Under the pieces are notes generated by a model. The model saw only the letters and a program-made list of their open reading frames with translations. It was not told the DNA's origin and did no database searches. A program made the position numbers and the translations under genes. DNA of 63,605 nt, filler included, from Phoronis australis (lineage: Eukaryota > Animalia > Phoronida): NCBI GenBank assembly GCA_002633005.1. It is 12 parts of 12 records of this genome, joined end to end, with 100 filler letters (N's around TTAATTAATTAA, not from the genome) between each part and the next. Parts side by side here need not be neighbours in the genome. Positions count along the whole stretch, not along the records: positions 15,579 to 25,647 come from NMRA01000495.1; positions 25,748 to 32,432 come from NMRA01002131.1; positions 32,533 to 36,409 come from NMRA01002796.1; positions 36,510 to 39,535 come from NMRA01003270.1; 8 more parts are not named here. One strand, written 5' to 3'. Shown in pieces: positions 25,241 through 38,731 of the stretch (within the stretch, counting starts at the first letter, position 1; each line of letters starts with the position of its first letter).

Positions 25241-26102
25241 TCACCAAAACCCAACAACAGAGATACATGTACAGTTAAGTAACAATATCAACTCAACCAA
25301 AACTCAATACAGGAGCATGCTACCCAAAAAACAACATCATTTGCATCAATTTAGATCGAGTAGTTCTACTCCACAACGACACGTACGGTTGCGTAATTAC
25401 CTGACACCTGACGGCAGACGGAGGTGTCGAAATTATCCAATGACGTCATCGGTTTCACACGCAGTCTGTTCAGCAGTTCACAACACGGGTTACTGATGTC
25501 AGCTTATCGCTTGAAGTCATCGTTTAACACCAATAAATCATCAAACTTCGATGTAAAACCCTTGAAAATACACCGAGTTCTTATAAAAACGTGTTGTTTT
25601 ATTTCGCTCTTACGGATTTATTGGTATTTGGACACACCGTAGCCTACNNNNNNNNNNNNNNNNNNNNNNNNNNNNNNNNNNNNNNNNNNNNTTAATTAAT
25701 TAANNNNNNNNNNNNNNNNNNNNNNNNNNNNNNNNNNNNNNNNNNNNGGAAATTGTAGTATCAGTTACCAAGAAACGTTCAAAACAGGTATGACAAAAGC
25801 GCGGACGGAGACAAAATCTATTAGTCGAACATCCAGACGTCAGCATTGTTGAACTAAGCTACGCGAAATATTCCTTCTCAACCGGACGTTATTCTGAAGT
25901 AAATGAAAAGATCTATTACCTAAGAAACCATGTCGTTTACATTCACTTTACATCTGGCTCTTGGCAATCTGATTTTTTGTTATTTTCTTATCAAAATGGG
26001 GTCAACTCAATGGCTAATCTGTGAGCAGAGATTATCGACAATTCACTGTACGAAAAAAGACTCGCATTGCCATATATTGGAAATTAATAGTATTTATAGA
26101 AA

Positions 26103-26618
26103 AGTGCAGCCCAGCATTATGCCGCGACACTCGAATCTTGCTACATTTACTTGTACCCACAATACCGCAATATCAGTTAAAACTTTTGTACTTCCACATG
26201 TTCTTTGTTGCATTCTTTTGACTTTTTCCTTCGTCCTCCAAATATCATGAAGAATGACCGCTGTGATGTGGGCTCCGACAGGAGGAAGTTGAATTATAAC
26301 TTGACAAATATGCGTGACTTACTTTGTTGCCTTCTCGATCAAAGACAAGGAAATGTGGAACGAGTGGGTAAATGAACAATTCGTCGAGTTAATTTAAACC
26401 GAACAGAGCTCCCTTCATTGAAGATGGCTTTCAATTGCGGTATTTCAAAAAAGTTGGAATTGGAAATATTTCCACGGTCATACACCTCGATAGTTTCAGG
26501 CATAACCTGTGAAATGTGTCTGACATTCCAACACTAGGTCGATGAGAACTAGGCGCTTTCTTAACTCCGGAACAAAGGAAAGCTACATGTATATCGCTTT
26601 GTGATCCGGGATGGCCCT
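26103..26618 (+). mobile_element. Second, more degenerate copy of the Harbinger-like THAP element
   Basis: Right end CGGGATGGCCCT ending 26618; colinear similarity to the reverse complement of 3845-4244 (cgacactcgaatct, ctccgacaggaggaagtt, ctccggaacaaagga). Frameshifted THAP-like FVAFSIKDKEMWNEWV after ATG 26247. Confidence 0.65.
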
Positions 26619-29600
26619 AAAGCGGTTTACAGCCACATATCATTAGATCGCACCCTTCCCGGCTCAGCTTTCAAACTAAACGCAAAATGATCGAGAAAGA
26701 AAGTGCTCGCTGTCGCGTCTCACCGGGATAAGACAGAAATAAAACCAGACGCTCTCGTGCAATACAATCTGAAGAAGCTGAGTAAGTACACAGCTGAAGG
26801 ATTGAGTGATGACCGTTTTCATTAAATTTGTCGTACGTAGTTGCACGACATGCAAATTCCATGACGACGAAGTCTAAGTACCAAAACAGGGCGAAGTTTT
26901 GAAGCATCCTATCTTTTTCATAGATATAAGCCTAAAAGTCTTTGCGTTGCGTAATCTATTATTGTAATGTGTTACAATTTGGGTTTGGTATTCATGGTTT
27001 TGTAAATTCAGTTGGCTGGAGATGAAGGGTATTTTTGAGGGAGTCAGATTTGTGTGCACTGAGAAACGCTTCAAAGCAGCAAAGGGTTTTAGGATGTCTT
27101 TATTTACATACAACATCACCACCATGCAAGTCGGTACGTACAGTGGAACAAATAAAAAGAAAGCCATTGACTAAAGGCATAGCGAGCATACAGCATGCAC
27201 AAAAACTATTAGCATTTACAACTAACTTGCAATTTATGAAACACTAAGTTACGAAAACCGTAATTTACCCAGAAAATTTACATGATTGTCAGCCGGAGTA
27301 AGCAAATGCTACAATAACCAACCCGAAATGCGAGCAATTGGCGATCGGTCGTAACTAAAATAAAAAATGTTGATATACATGCACATGTATACATGTAGCT
27401 TCCGAGAACTAAGCACAATAAATTAGCAGGTCAGATACAAACAAAGATGGCGACCCTGAGCAAGTTAGAAATAGAACAAAAGGAAGTCAAAACCACAAAA
27501 AATCTACCACCAGAAACAACAAACTCTTAGCGAAATTTTGGCATTAACTATCTATCATTTTACCTACATCTTTAGTGTTTTGTTGCGTTTTTAAGGCTCT
27601 GTGAGACAAGCGAAATTTCTCGCCTGAACAACCACAATGAAAAAGTGACTTGAAACATTGAATATAATAGTCACTATTCTGCTTTTTCCGTACGACGTTA
27701 TGTGTATAAATAACTAGAGCTTGAAAAACGGTTTTGATGCCAAATGGGACCTACCTCTTTTTTGACCGTATCGTAAGGAACTGGAACTGTTTTTAGTCAT
27801 CTAAAACCATACGGGCGTATGCAGTGAAGATTGAATTTTCTTTCCTCCACTGTGACCATTTACCACAGACTTCATTGCACGCCGTATTCAAATGGTCAAT
27901 CGGCAACTTTTTAGACATGTCAAACCTCATTGTCCCTGCTTTAAAACTTGGAGGAAACTCGTTTCCAGGCAACACACTTTTTATGCAATCGTACCTAGAA
28001 AGCCAGAACGATTGAACATTTTCGTTCACTGTACTAAAACTCAGAGTGAAGTTTCGCCTAGGCTAGGCACGAAATGCTGATATTATTGTCAAACCCAAGC
28101 TTTTGTGATATGTAATTCCTCTTTATTGTAAATATAGATCAGGTCCCGCAAGACTATGATTGTCAATCTGCTTTTTGTCGTTGCCCGGTCGTATGCACGT
28201 AGGTTTAATATTTAAAAAAAAAATGATCATCTTTATGTAATGTTAAACATTTATGAGTAATACTGATAAATGACTGACAACATTGCACTTACAGTAACCA
28301 TGCCGACGTACATGTATCACACAAAGGCATAAAATTCCGAGCTCGTTCGCTCTCACAACAACAGGCAAGTTGTCGTGTTTAGAGAATTGTTGATATCTGT
28401 TGAAAAATACATATTTTTTCTGACTTTGGTCACATTTAATGGCTTGGAAAGACTTTTTACTTACATTTAGAGATATGTATACGCCCAATAATGAACCCTT
28501 CGTAACAATCTGAGCACAGACACAAAAGGTAGGCTTAAACGTTTCCGGCACAATGTGGAGCATTTTTGTTGAGACACCAGTTCGTGGTTTAGTAGTTTAA
28601 TTGAACATTCTCTTCGCTCCTCCCCATACCTCTTTTTTCTCCTACCAATAGGGTGCGCGTTCACACATTCCTTTTACCATTACCGGTATTTGTTGCATGT
28701 GCTTCCTTTTCATTTGCTCAATAATCGTTTCTGATGAATCTCAACGCAATCGTGTTCTGCACTATATGCTTCACGTTCTTTTCTAACGTATGGTATGTTT
28801 GTTTGTATTTTATCATGTGATGGTTTTGTGTGCATCTTTGGAGTATGTTTTTGTACTTTGTTAGTTCATCATGTCTGTTTCAACCACTGCGTTTAACAAA
28901 TAACATTAACCAACGTTACTCTAAGCCTGCTGTTAATTAGAACTTCCTTCACACCATACCGTATGAATTGTGAACGACGTCAGAAAAATTTACACTTCCA
29001 GTCCACGCCCAGGTTTTATACTAGTCTCAAAATAGTTTGAAACGTTAAGTGCTCAAACACACACTACGTGCACTTCATCTGTGCATTTCTATTACTAATC
29101 ACAAGTGCCAGCATTCTTTGACCCAAGTAGAGCGTGTATATTTTGGGAAGCCGAAATGAATAAACTTTTAAAATACACAGTATTTACATGACCTAATTAC
29201 AAAATATGAATGCTCAGTTTTGCCATGTTTTTTTCTTTGAAGCTGATCACATGTGGTACTGCTAATTTGTATACGAAACGTATTTGTTACTGGTTTCATC
29301 AATATATTTACAGTATTATTCAAATTAGTTAACGTGTTCAAAACTAGACTGCACACAGAATTATTCACAGAGAATTAAATGTTGGTCAAGTGTTCGTAAT
29401 CCGTAAACGGACGATTCATTTGAACTACTAAAAACCTTTTCTGCTCACGAGCTGCAACTATAACCAGCAGTTTTCCTTTTCTCGTTATCTTGAGGGACAT
29501 TTTGGGAGATTGATTTTATTTCTAAGCGCCGCAAGAGTACTCTGTGAGTTGATTCTATTAGAAATTAAGACCACTTCGAACATAATTATATTTCGACACT

Positions 29601-30862
29601 TTCTTTCTTCAACTAAGCTTTCATTCTTATGCGTCCGCCATGGTTAATACTTCTTTAATCTTTGGTGGTGCACCCCCACCTGAAATGGCCGCCGTAGCGT
29701 ACTCGTGCCTTTTAGGTCCTCGCACAACTGCCGCCAATTGATGCTGAAAGTTATGTAATTATAACATTTCAGTGACTCACGAAACGCACCATGTGTTCTA
29801 AATTCGTGATTGTAAAACGGAAGAGTATGTTTAATCCTTGCCAGTTCAGCAGCATAGAAATACCTGCAATAGTTTTAAAGTTATCAAGCGTCAAAATTGG
29901 TCGTAGAAAGAATAAGTAGAACTAGAAATACTATTGTCACGGTGTGACAATAATAGACTCTGCGTGTGCGTTTTACTCGCTGGAATTGTTATGGAAAGTT
30001 TTTGACAACAACCCGTTTACCAAGTTTAAAAAGAACACCATGAAACTGTGGGATAAATTGCATGTTGATAATGTAATGATCTTTACACTACTGTAACTGA
30101 AGTGACATCAGAATTCTGGGTGGATGAAATGGTCAACATCTCAGAAGAAAAATGTATCTAATGACCCCATGGTTGCATCATATGACCTGATTAGATTTGG
30201 AACTCAATTACATGTAGCAAACAAGTATATGAATTTGAAGTGTCTAGCTCAAAATCTTATTTTACACTAAATGACCTTTGTTCTTTTGGTTCCGGTTGGA
30301 TGCCCAAATTGGTTAGTGAAGTAGTGTGCTTGAGCTGATTGGATGAGCCGATTACTAAGAAAAATACTTTTTAATTTGCCTTCCTGACTTACATCTGTGC
30401 ACCTAATTTGAAGAAGAAACGTTTAAAACTGAAGAAAGAGTAGCATGTTGAAAATTACCGTACTCGTCCGGGTTACCGCCCGTGGTCGGCTTACCGCCCA
30501 CCCCCGAAATTTTCATTTTTTTATTTTTAACAGCCCATGCTCTTTACCGCCCACCCCCCAATTTTTCATGATCGAGACTTTCTTAAAAGTGTCTGTGCTT
30601 CTGTGAACGTTCGTCGCTCAAACCTAAGATTCCAAAGCGTGCGCAACTCGCTTACCTTTCACTTACAATCAATCAGTTTTAGCGGAACTGGGACCTTGCC
30701 TTAATATGGCGGTTAAATACCCAACTGGTGTATTCTCATGCACTTTAGTGAAGGAGACACAATTAATATATCCTTTGGCTCACGCAACTCGTGTCAGCAT
30801 TTACTGATCACTGAGACAGCGTTTGTCGAATGCATTTCATTGCCGGGAAAGAACCAGCAAAG

Positions 30863-31441
30863 CTCGCTGGTCCCCTACGTGCCTAGCCAGCACGCAGGTA
30901 TTACGCAGAGGCACGACGCGCTTTAGCATTGGTTGATGCAACCTCAGCAGTCATTGGTTAGCTTTACAACACCGTGGAAAAATGGGGGAACGGTAAACGA
31001 TTTTTAGCCTTTTCACGCAAGTGGCGTCGCAGCAACGATTTCGTTTCTGCAGTGATGTTTAATAGCCACGTGTTTGAGGCACGTACATGTTCAATAAACA
31101 TATATCTGGCCGATTTAACGGTGTGAATACAGGACAGTATCGTCAACAAAAGTCATCGACAGTAAAAAGATGCACTCCGAAAAGGCGCAACCACAATTTC
31201 TAGGATTCAAATTTCCTGAACATAAATATTAAACACCGATTTGTCTGCCCAACAGATCAATGACATTTACAATTTAGTCCATCAGTCACGCTAGTTTGTT
31301 TGCGTAAAGCGCTGCCTGTTGAGAATTCGACTAGCCAATTAGAAACGCCGGTGTAAAACAATTTCCCGAGGAAAATTAAAGGATACCTGCGTGCTGGTGC
31401 AGCTACCGCTCGACCTAGCGGCATGTAGGGAACCAGCGAGT
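30863..31441. mobile_element. Putative MITE bounded by inverted repeats
   Basis: ctcgctggtcccctacgtgcc...ccagcacgcaggtat (30864-30901) recurs inverted as atacctgcgtgctgg...ggcatgtagggaaccagcgag (31383-31440). Confidence 0.5.
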
Positions 31442-32055
31442 ACTTGACAGTAATTTCAAGTCCGCGGCCTACCTTTCTGTGATTTCCCGTGGGTGCTGTG
31501 ACTACAAGTAACATCACCATCATGAGCTGCAATGAAATAAGAAAAAACACGAGCACACCGACATAATTTTGAACGCATTGTTTTGAATACAAGCAGACAC
31601 GAGTCATGAACTTGTCTTGCTATGGGCTGCCTTGGTTAAATGCATGTTTTAAATGACTCACTCCCGACACCAAAATGGAAGCGCCCAACCAAAATGGAAG
31701 CGCCCAACTAACACCAACATCTCAAGAAATCAGCTTGTCGTTAAGCGCAGGTCGAGCATTCTATCCACATCCACGTCCTCAAAAACTTATTTTTTGAACT
31801 CTTGATTTGCCTGATGTCTTTTTACATGATGTGTTTTTGCTTCATTATTTTTGCAGCCCATCTGGCACCCCTATTGCCTAATAGTAGTATCGTCCAATTG
31901 TTGGGTATGCGTGCTTTGAACAAGAGTGTTCAACTCAGAAAGAAGTATACAATGTACATAAAATGTTTCATTTTCAAACTAGGTTCAAAGCATTTTTTAT
32001 GTTCTTACAAGAACTGAGACCTGTGTTTTGGTTGCCAAAGTGTCTAGCTGGGAGT

Positions 32056-32432
32056 AACCCCCCTTGGCTGCCGCAAAAAGGTAAAACAGCAAGAGTGTGG
32101 GGAAATAATGAGTTTATTAATTTACCCCGTTAGTTAAAAGTGTACGGATGAAACAAGATTTAAATGTGTAGTGTTTTAGTGCTTTATCCGCCAGGTCGTG
32201 AGTTCGAGTCTGTGGGATTCGCAGTTTTCCCTGTTTGACATGTTCTCCTTTTTTGCCTTTTTTCTTGGATAATACTTCAGGAATCAAGGAAAATGCTTGA
32301 TTTTTAGAGGAAAAAACAGAAAAATTTCCTAGGCCTCCATTCGGTGCTATGCGCATCTACAATCGTGGTTTACGCAAATGCTTGCAGACAAAATTTTGGG
32401 CCCCCCTTTGTGATATCCTATATCCGCCACTG
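32056..32432 (-). mobile_element. Copy of the CAGTGGCGGAT MITE family
   Basis: Reverse complement aligns to 1317-1620; contig ends exactly at the terminus ATCCGCCACTG; 32056-32115 matches 32850-32912. Confidence 0.8.
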
Positions 32433-32532
32433 NNNNNNNNNNNNNNNNNNNNNNNNNNNNNNNNNNNNNNNNNNNNTTAATTAATTAANNNNNNNNNNNN
32501 NNNNNNNNNNNNNNNNNNNNNNNNNNNNNNNN

Positions 32533-32692
32533 ACACATTCCACTCGTTCTTTGCTGTAGGTATCTATTGTAGAACTGTGTCCATTTTACGTCATTGCGCG
32601 CGCTGGGATTGAAACAGTTACCGGAGTACAGCACGAGCATGGCGTTGTCCTTGGGGTTGGCCTGTCCATTCACCACATGAACGCACTTTCCA
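32533..32692 (-). CDS. Mytilectin-like beta-trefoil lectin, third coding exon (truncated by contig end)
   Basis: cttacgttctag|; encodes (S)GKCVHVVNGQANPKDNAMLVLYSGNCFNPSARNDVKWTQFYNRYLQQRTSGMC, the second repeat and start of the third. Confidence 0.85.
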
Positions 32693-32820
32693 CTAGAACG
32701 TAAGAAGTTCTCATTTATTCACCATGTGAAGCTAATACTGAGGGTAGCAGTTGCCAAAACATTTAAACTCATCGCTTGTGTTAGCTGAGACCAAACTCGG
32801 TGTAGAGTTCAATAACGTTA

Positions 32821-33068
32821 CATAGGCGGATGTAGGGGGGTCGCCCCCCCCCCTTGGCTGCCGCAAGCAAAATGAAACAGCAAGAGCGTGAAGTGTGAGG
32901 AATTATTGAGTTCAGTTAGCATGACAGGTAGCGGGATGGGTGCTCAAAACGAAGCTGAATCGCGTTCCCGTTTTTTATTTTAGTCCAGTGGTAGAAGTTT
33001 CGAACGCAAGGTACACATTCCCGGCCCCCCAACATTCAGGGCNTTATGGTATCCTTGATCCGCCACTG
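32821..33068 (-). mobile_element. Short intronic copy of the CAGTGGCGGAT MITE family
   Basis: Termini CATAGGCGGAT and ATCCGCCACTG; flanks CGTTA and TGTTA (5-bp TSD, one mismatch). Confidence 0.78.
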
Positions 33069-33436
33069 TGTTAGGACCTCGTAAGGACCTCGCTAGATAT
33101 TAGTTTTGCGGAATTATTTGTCATGCGTCATGAACGAGAGCAAGTGATTTGGCTTAATTTTTCTCGCTGAGATAAAGATACTGTACATGTACTCTTCGGC
33201 CAGGCTATCAGAGACAAATCTGTACTAGGGATCAGTCAGAATCTTGAGCTGTACACGTGTACATGTACGTCACTGCAAGAATGTTTATTACTGAGTCTAA
33301 TCACAATAACAAGCAACTCTGCAGTGTCTCATCCTGTAAACTAGGAACGTTTTCTAGTACAGTGAAAACGTTTGATGCACGTCGAATGCTTTACAGAAGG
33401 CCAAAGGAAAGCCAAATAAACGAGTGCATGTCTTAC

Positions 33437-33632
33437 CTCGACATATGAATGATTTGTCCTGAAGCAGTTAAGCCAAACGTGATGCTGATATGGTTTTCCT
33501 TTGGGTCAGTGGCGCATGTGCCAAGTACAAGAGGCGTATTGTTCGCTGGGTCTCTACCTCCACCATACGGGTGAACACAAAGTTTTCCAGAGTGTTGGAT
33601 GCGTCCGATTCTCAAGAATGTTGGAAAGGTTG
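33437..33632 (-). CDS. Mytilectin-like beta-trefoil lectin, second coding exon
   Basis: gcattctag|...AG|gtaaga; encodes TFPTFLRIGRIQHSGKLCVHPYGGGRDPANNTPLVLGTCATDPKENHISITFGLTASGQIIHMS, with the HPYGG..PANNT.LVL repeat of MytiLec-1/CGL. Confidence 0.88.
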
Positions 33633-34306
33633 CTAGAATGCATGAAGTCATGACCATATACAGCGTAATTCAGGAAACGGCTTCAAAAGAAGGAGATGGG
33701 AACAAAGGAAGAGGACCTCTTAAACGAGATGCAATATTTTCGTAGGTGTGGGTGATGGGGAGAAATTAAAGGGCAACGGAGGGAAGATTAGATTATATCA
33801 AGGAAAAATCATAAGAGATAACCGAAGCCTGTGAATGAGACTCAGGGCAAACTGCAATTCCGGATTTTTTTTTTGTTTTTTTTGTACTACAGTTTCAAAT
33901 TGTTTAGAAACTTCTGTAACCTGTGAAACCCAAGGAGCATGCGGAGATAAAGAGTTGTATAGAATTCCATATCCCATTATGCTTTTAAGGCCCGGCTAAA
34001 ACACATTCCTATGACATCAGTTTCTATACTCAAACCACTGCCTTTCTCCCACTGGTTGATTATTTTTTGTAGAAATAATGCAATATTAAAAAAATGCACC
34101 TCAGAGATGACAACTTATGACGGACATTATTTTTTGAGGGACAGATGGCAACGAAAAAGGCGCAATGTCTGCCATGGCCCGATCCACAGCACCACAGGTT
34201 CATTCCTAACGATTTAACATTCATAACATCCTGACGGCTGTAAATTTGCAATGCCCGGTCACGTGATTTTCATTAACAGCCCTATAATATAATTGAAGAG
34301 TATTAC

Positions 34307-34358
34307 CGTAACACTGGCCCGCCAACACCGTCAACAAAAGAGCAGCAGTAAACTTCAT
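34307..34358 (-). CDS. Signal-peptide exon of the mytilectin-like gene
   Basis: tgtttcag|ACGTG ATG...G|gtaata; encodes MKFTAALLLTVLAGQCY(A); phase 1 joins in frame to exon 33437-33632. Confidence 0.8.
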
Positions 34359-37300
34359 CACGTCTGAAACATGAAGGATCATTTTTAACAAACGACACTA
34401 AAACTCTATGTGCTTCTAGAATTTGGTAGTGTGCTCGTACATGTAAATTAACGTGTTGCATACACGACATTGTTTGTGATAGTCTTTATTCCTTTTGTTC
34501 CACGTTTAGGTAATAAATTAGAGGAAAAAAATCTTGATCAACAAATATCTTATCTTTATCGCCCTATTTTTTGAAATTGATGCAAAGTACCAGCCTGAAG
34601 TGAGCAATTGCGTGTCACGTTGACTACCCGGATGTGTGAACGCAGTGCGTAATTGGCAGCAAATCGGTACGGGCTTTACTGGCCGTTAAACACGTAAAAT
34701 AGATTAGAAAAAACACAAACGGCGGTTTTTCGACAAACAAAAACAAGTTTTATCTCAAAACAGTGAGCTCCACATCTGTGCTTGATTTTGCTGCTAGTAC
34801 ACAGTGAAGGCGAAGTACCGGTAATTCTCCGGCCTGCAGTTGCCGTGACTCTTAGACGGGAAATAATCATTGCTAAACTTACTTTGGTTTTTAATTATAA
34901 GTGGAAATATATTTTCAAACCTCACAAAAACAAACTTACAAGATATACCTCTGTTGTCTAAATATAAAAATTCCCGACGCCGCAAACAGGGACAGGGGAG
35001 TGTAGTGAATTTTAGTCAATGAACTGAATGTCGGCGATTGGAAAATATGGCAATTTTAGGAGCATGACGCAGTATATTTAATCTCTTTGTCACAGGAATT
35101 TAACTCATTCAGAGCCAGGTAGATAAATTATGTTTTCATCTTGCCCCGCGGAGCACAGATGTCCGAGCACGGCAGGACAGTTAGTCCGGCTCCGCCGGCT
35201 AGCAGCGTATACGAATGTTTCTGGCTAAATGGAAATTATTCGTGTTACTTTAATACTTATATTTCAACATTTGGCACCATGGCAAGTTGTTTCTACCAAA
35301 TGGTTGTAGCCCATTCTCTTGGCAGTCAGCCGCCCGGCCGTAGCGAAGTCGCGTCTAACTGTATAGCAATTTTGTTCGTTAAAGTGTAATTTGCAAGGTC
35401 CAAGTATGTTAAATTGCAATAATATCTTCAAGGTATTGCTATTTGGATGTATTTTATTCAAATCATCGCATTATTGTATCTTTAGTTATTTAAAAAAGCG
35501 AAAATAAGAAAATGCGCTAAAAGTTGACCTTTGACACCGTGACATGGTGTTGGGGAACACAAACCAGATCATATCCCACAATGCCGTTCACTGCTATTAT
35601 ATCAAGTACACGAAGAACAAAGACCGTTCAACCTTGGCGTGTTTTAACCATGGTGCATCGGTGTGTGTGTGCTAACTATTTTAACACCACCCAGGTGGAA
35701 GGCATGAGCCCATTTAAATTCTAAAAAGACAAACATCTGGCTGCGTAATGGCAAGTTTTCGTGTGCTCTGCTCGTCTTTTGAAAATGACTGTCGAGTCAG
35801 CCATCTGTCGGAGCCTAAATATGCTCCGACCATTTTGAGGACGGCTGCTTTGACGACAAACACATCATGAAGGTTGAAGCTGGTCTTATAAAAAGGTAAG
35901 TTACCTTGAGAATTTTGATGTCTAATAATTCATGACGCTTTCGCAGTGTCTGAACCATAACAATCTTTTTTCACAATCACCGTAGTTCTCAAGTGTTTAA
36001 AATCTGTTGTTTTTCCGTGAAAGATTTAGTTATAAATCGATCAGTAAAACTAAAAGCCACAAGAAATAAAGCTGATCTCAAAAGATGCATATATTTTGAA
36101 ACGAATACAGACTATGAATAAAGTAAAACAGGACGGTAACTCAATTCCAAGGTTTTGATTATTAATTTAAAAGTAGTCTGTTTCAAAAAAAAACAGGATT
36201 AAAATCTAGTTTTGGCATTTGCTTGAAGGTTATAAAAGAAGGTGAAAACTTGCAATTAGATATCATCGTGTTTTACTTTAATCATGGACAACTCTTGATT
36301 CAAAATGTTTTTTTTACTTTTGAATTGCCGCAGTTGTGCTTTTCAGAGTATGTAAATGAAAGGAGAACACCTTCCACTTAGTGCAGAACAAAAGAGAAGC
36401 TCGAGATCTNNNNNNNNNNNNNNNNNNNNNNNNNNNNNNNNNNNNNNNNNNNNTTAATTAATTAANNNNNNNNNNNNNNNNNNNNNNNNNNNNNNNNNNN
36501 NNNNNNNNNCAGTACTTTTTGGGAGCTGTCTCGCTGCTATATAGCTTAGCTAGGTATAAGTATTTACTTCTAAACTCTTGTTACCCTATGGTGTAGTGAC
36601 CACGCGCGTTCAATGCCCAAACATAAACCTCCTCTAATCGTCTTCACGATCCTGTCATCTACTACGCAAACACCGCTCAGGCGAAGTTTGCGGGTACTGC
36701 CCGATGATTACGTGAAGTGCTTTGAATCAGAAGCAAATTCTAACCCAGTTATCGTTGTAGTTAGTAGTACCAGTAGGTGCAACAATTTTGTTGCTTTTGT
36801 CTATGTATATCCTATCTTTAACGGATAGGCTGAGGCTGGACATTTTCCGTTGGGGGAGGGGGAGTTCGATCGAACTCCCCGAACCTCCGTGGCTACGGAT
36901 CTGCCATTGTTCCGGCAATTTACCCATTTTCCGACAGCCCATTTATCCGACAGTCCAATGTTTACCAGACCATAATCGTGACAATAACTCAGTATTTCCA
37001 ACAAATTACTCATTGTTCCGAGAGCCCAATAGTACGACAGTTTTCCCAATATTCCGGCAATGGACTCTTTTCTTAATTCTGTTGCAAGCTATACGTTGTT
37101 GATGATTTTCATTTAATTTATTTATTTATTGCAAAATCCTGATCATCGGAGAACCGATAACAATTAAAAATAGGAGTATACAACACTTATAAAAATTAAA
37201 ATGGTTTGGTCAAGAGACTTAGTAAATTATATTCGATGGAGAAGTGGCTTCCGATATCCCTAGAGCCAAGGAGGTCGATAGTAAACCAATCACAATCCCG

Positions 37301-38731
37301 TCAATATTTCTCACTCTGTCCATGTTACCCCCGAGCAAGTGGGCCAAACAAAGTCTGAAAGATGGATAACCTCATGCAATATTAGATGTCGAAGTAGGTA
37401 GTTTAGTACAATTCGTAAACTTTCGTATGCATGTACATATCATATTCACACCCACCCTAAAAATAGGGGACTCGAATTTGTCAGAATGTGTACCTTTCAC
37501 TAAAAAAACTGGATAGGTTCAGGGCTATGGATTATGCATTCGCCGAATTCCTGCTCGTTCGAACCCCCAACCCGAGCTCCCCTGGGTGCGCGCACGCATA
37601 TACTTTATTGAGGAAAGATGATCAATCACATGGCAACTGAAGCAAAAGATTTCTTGATTGAGACATTTGATTGGTTCCGGGTGACCGATTTCCTGCTCAA
37701 ATGTCTTTGCCGATCAACTGGTAATTGAGAGGTCATGCACGGAGGTGAGTCCCTGGTCCATCCTGTGGACAGCAGGGTTGCACCTGGGATAATATTCAAT
37801 AAATTGCGATGGGGTGCTTGCTAAATATGAAGAGAATCGGCGAACTAAAACTATAAAATTTGCGTTAAGCGGCATTACAGGACCAAGGAATACTTTTCAA
37901 AACCACTAAATTTTAAAATAACAATTTCACCACGAAATGCAAGTTGATTCAATTAAATTAACACCAGAAAAATTAAAATCGAAAGTGTCTCAGTGCACTC
38001 TCAAATCACACTACACCAGCTAGCCTATGTTGCACGCTTTAACGTTTTCAAAAAACGTACGTGTGGAGTCAACGTTACAGTAGTTTTCAAATTAATCTGG
38101 ACAACGTCGAAATTTGACAATGCTTGTTAACTAAAGTGGTTTCCTTTGAAGGCCTCGACACCAAGTCTTATAAGTCATAGCTTTCGCATTGACGCCGCCA
38201 CATCAGCGGTCAGCCGTGACGTCCCTGAACCGGTGCGGTCCAGCTTGGGGCGCTGGAAATCTCTAACGCACTAAAAAACTACATTCGCATGTCTGCTTTT
38301 TCCTCTTCCCCAGGCTTCCTGAACTCCTGGTGAGCCTGTTGTTGTAGCTCCCCATTTCTCTCACTTTGCTTTTCAGCCCCTCCCACTGCTCTGGGTCTGT
38401 GGTTTCAGCCCCCTAGGTCAGGTCTGTTGTTGCAGCCGGCCTTCTCCCGTTAGCAGGTTTGTTGTTGCAGCCTGCGGCCAAAGGTCTGTAGTTGCAGGCT
38501 TCACTTTCTAGTCATTAGTTCTAGATACCATTACATCCATTGTTGTATTTTACTTAGCGTTTTTCTATATTCTAGTTTTTTATATTCTACACTTTTGTGT
38601 TCTAGTTGTCAGTTATACCATTATTAGTACTTATATTTTATCACAGTCTACCCTTGTTATTGCCCGGGTTACGCTTCCTCGGATGGGGGATGTCAGCAGA
38701 CCTATTCCCATACTGCCATTTTTTGCCATGC

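Noticed and set aside
26300-26470. Degenerate TIR domain (YFVAFSxKD...EWV)
   Set aside because: The segment lies inside a TIR-bounded element homologous to 3845-4244 and fits a THAP remnant better.
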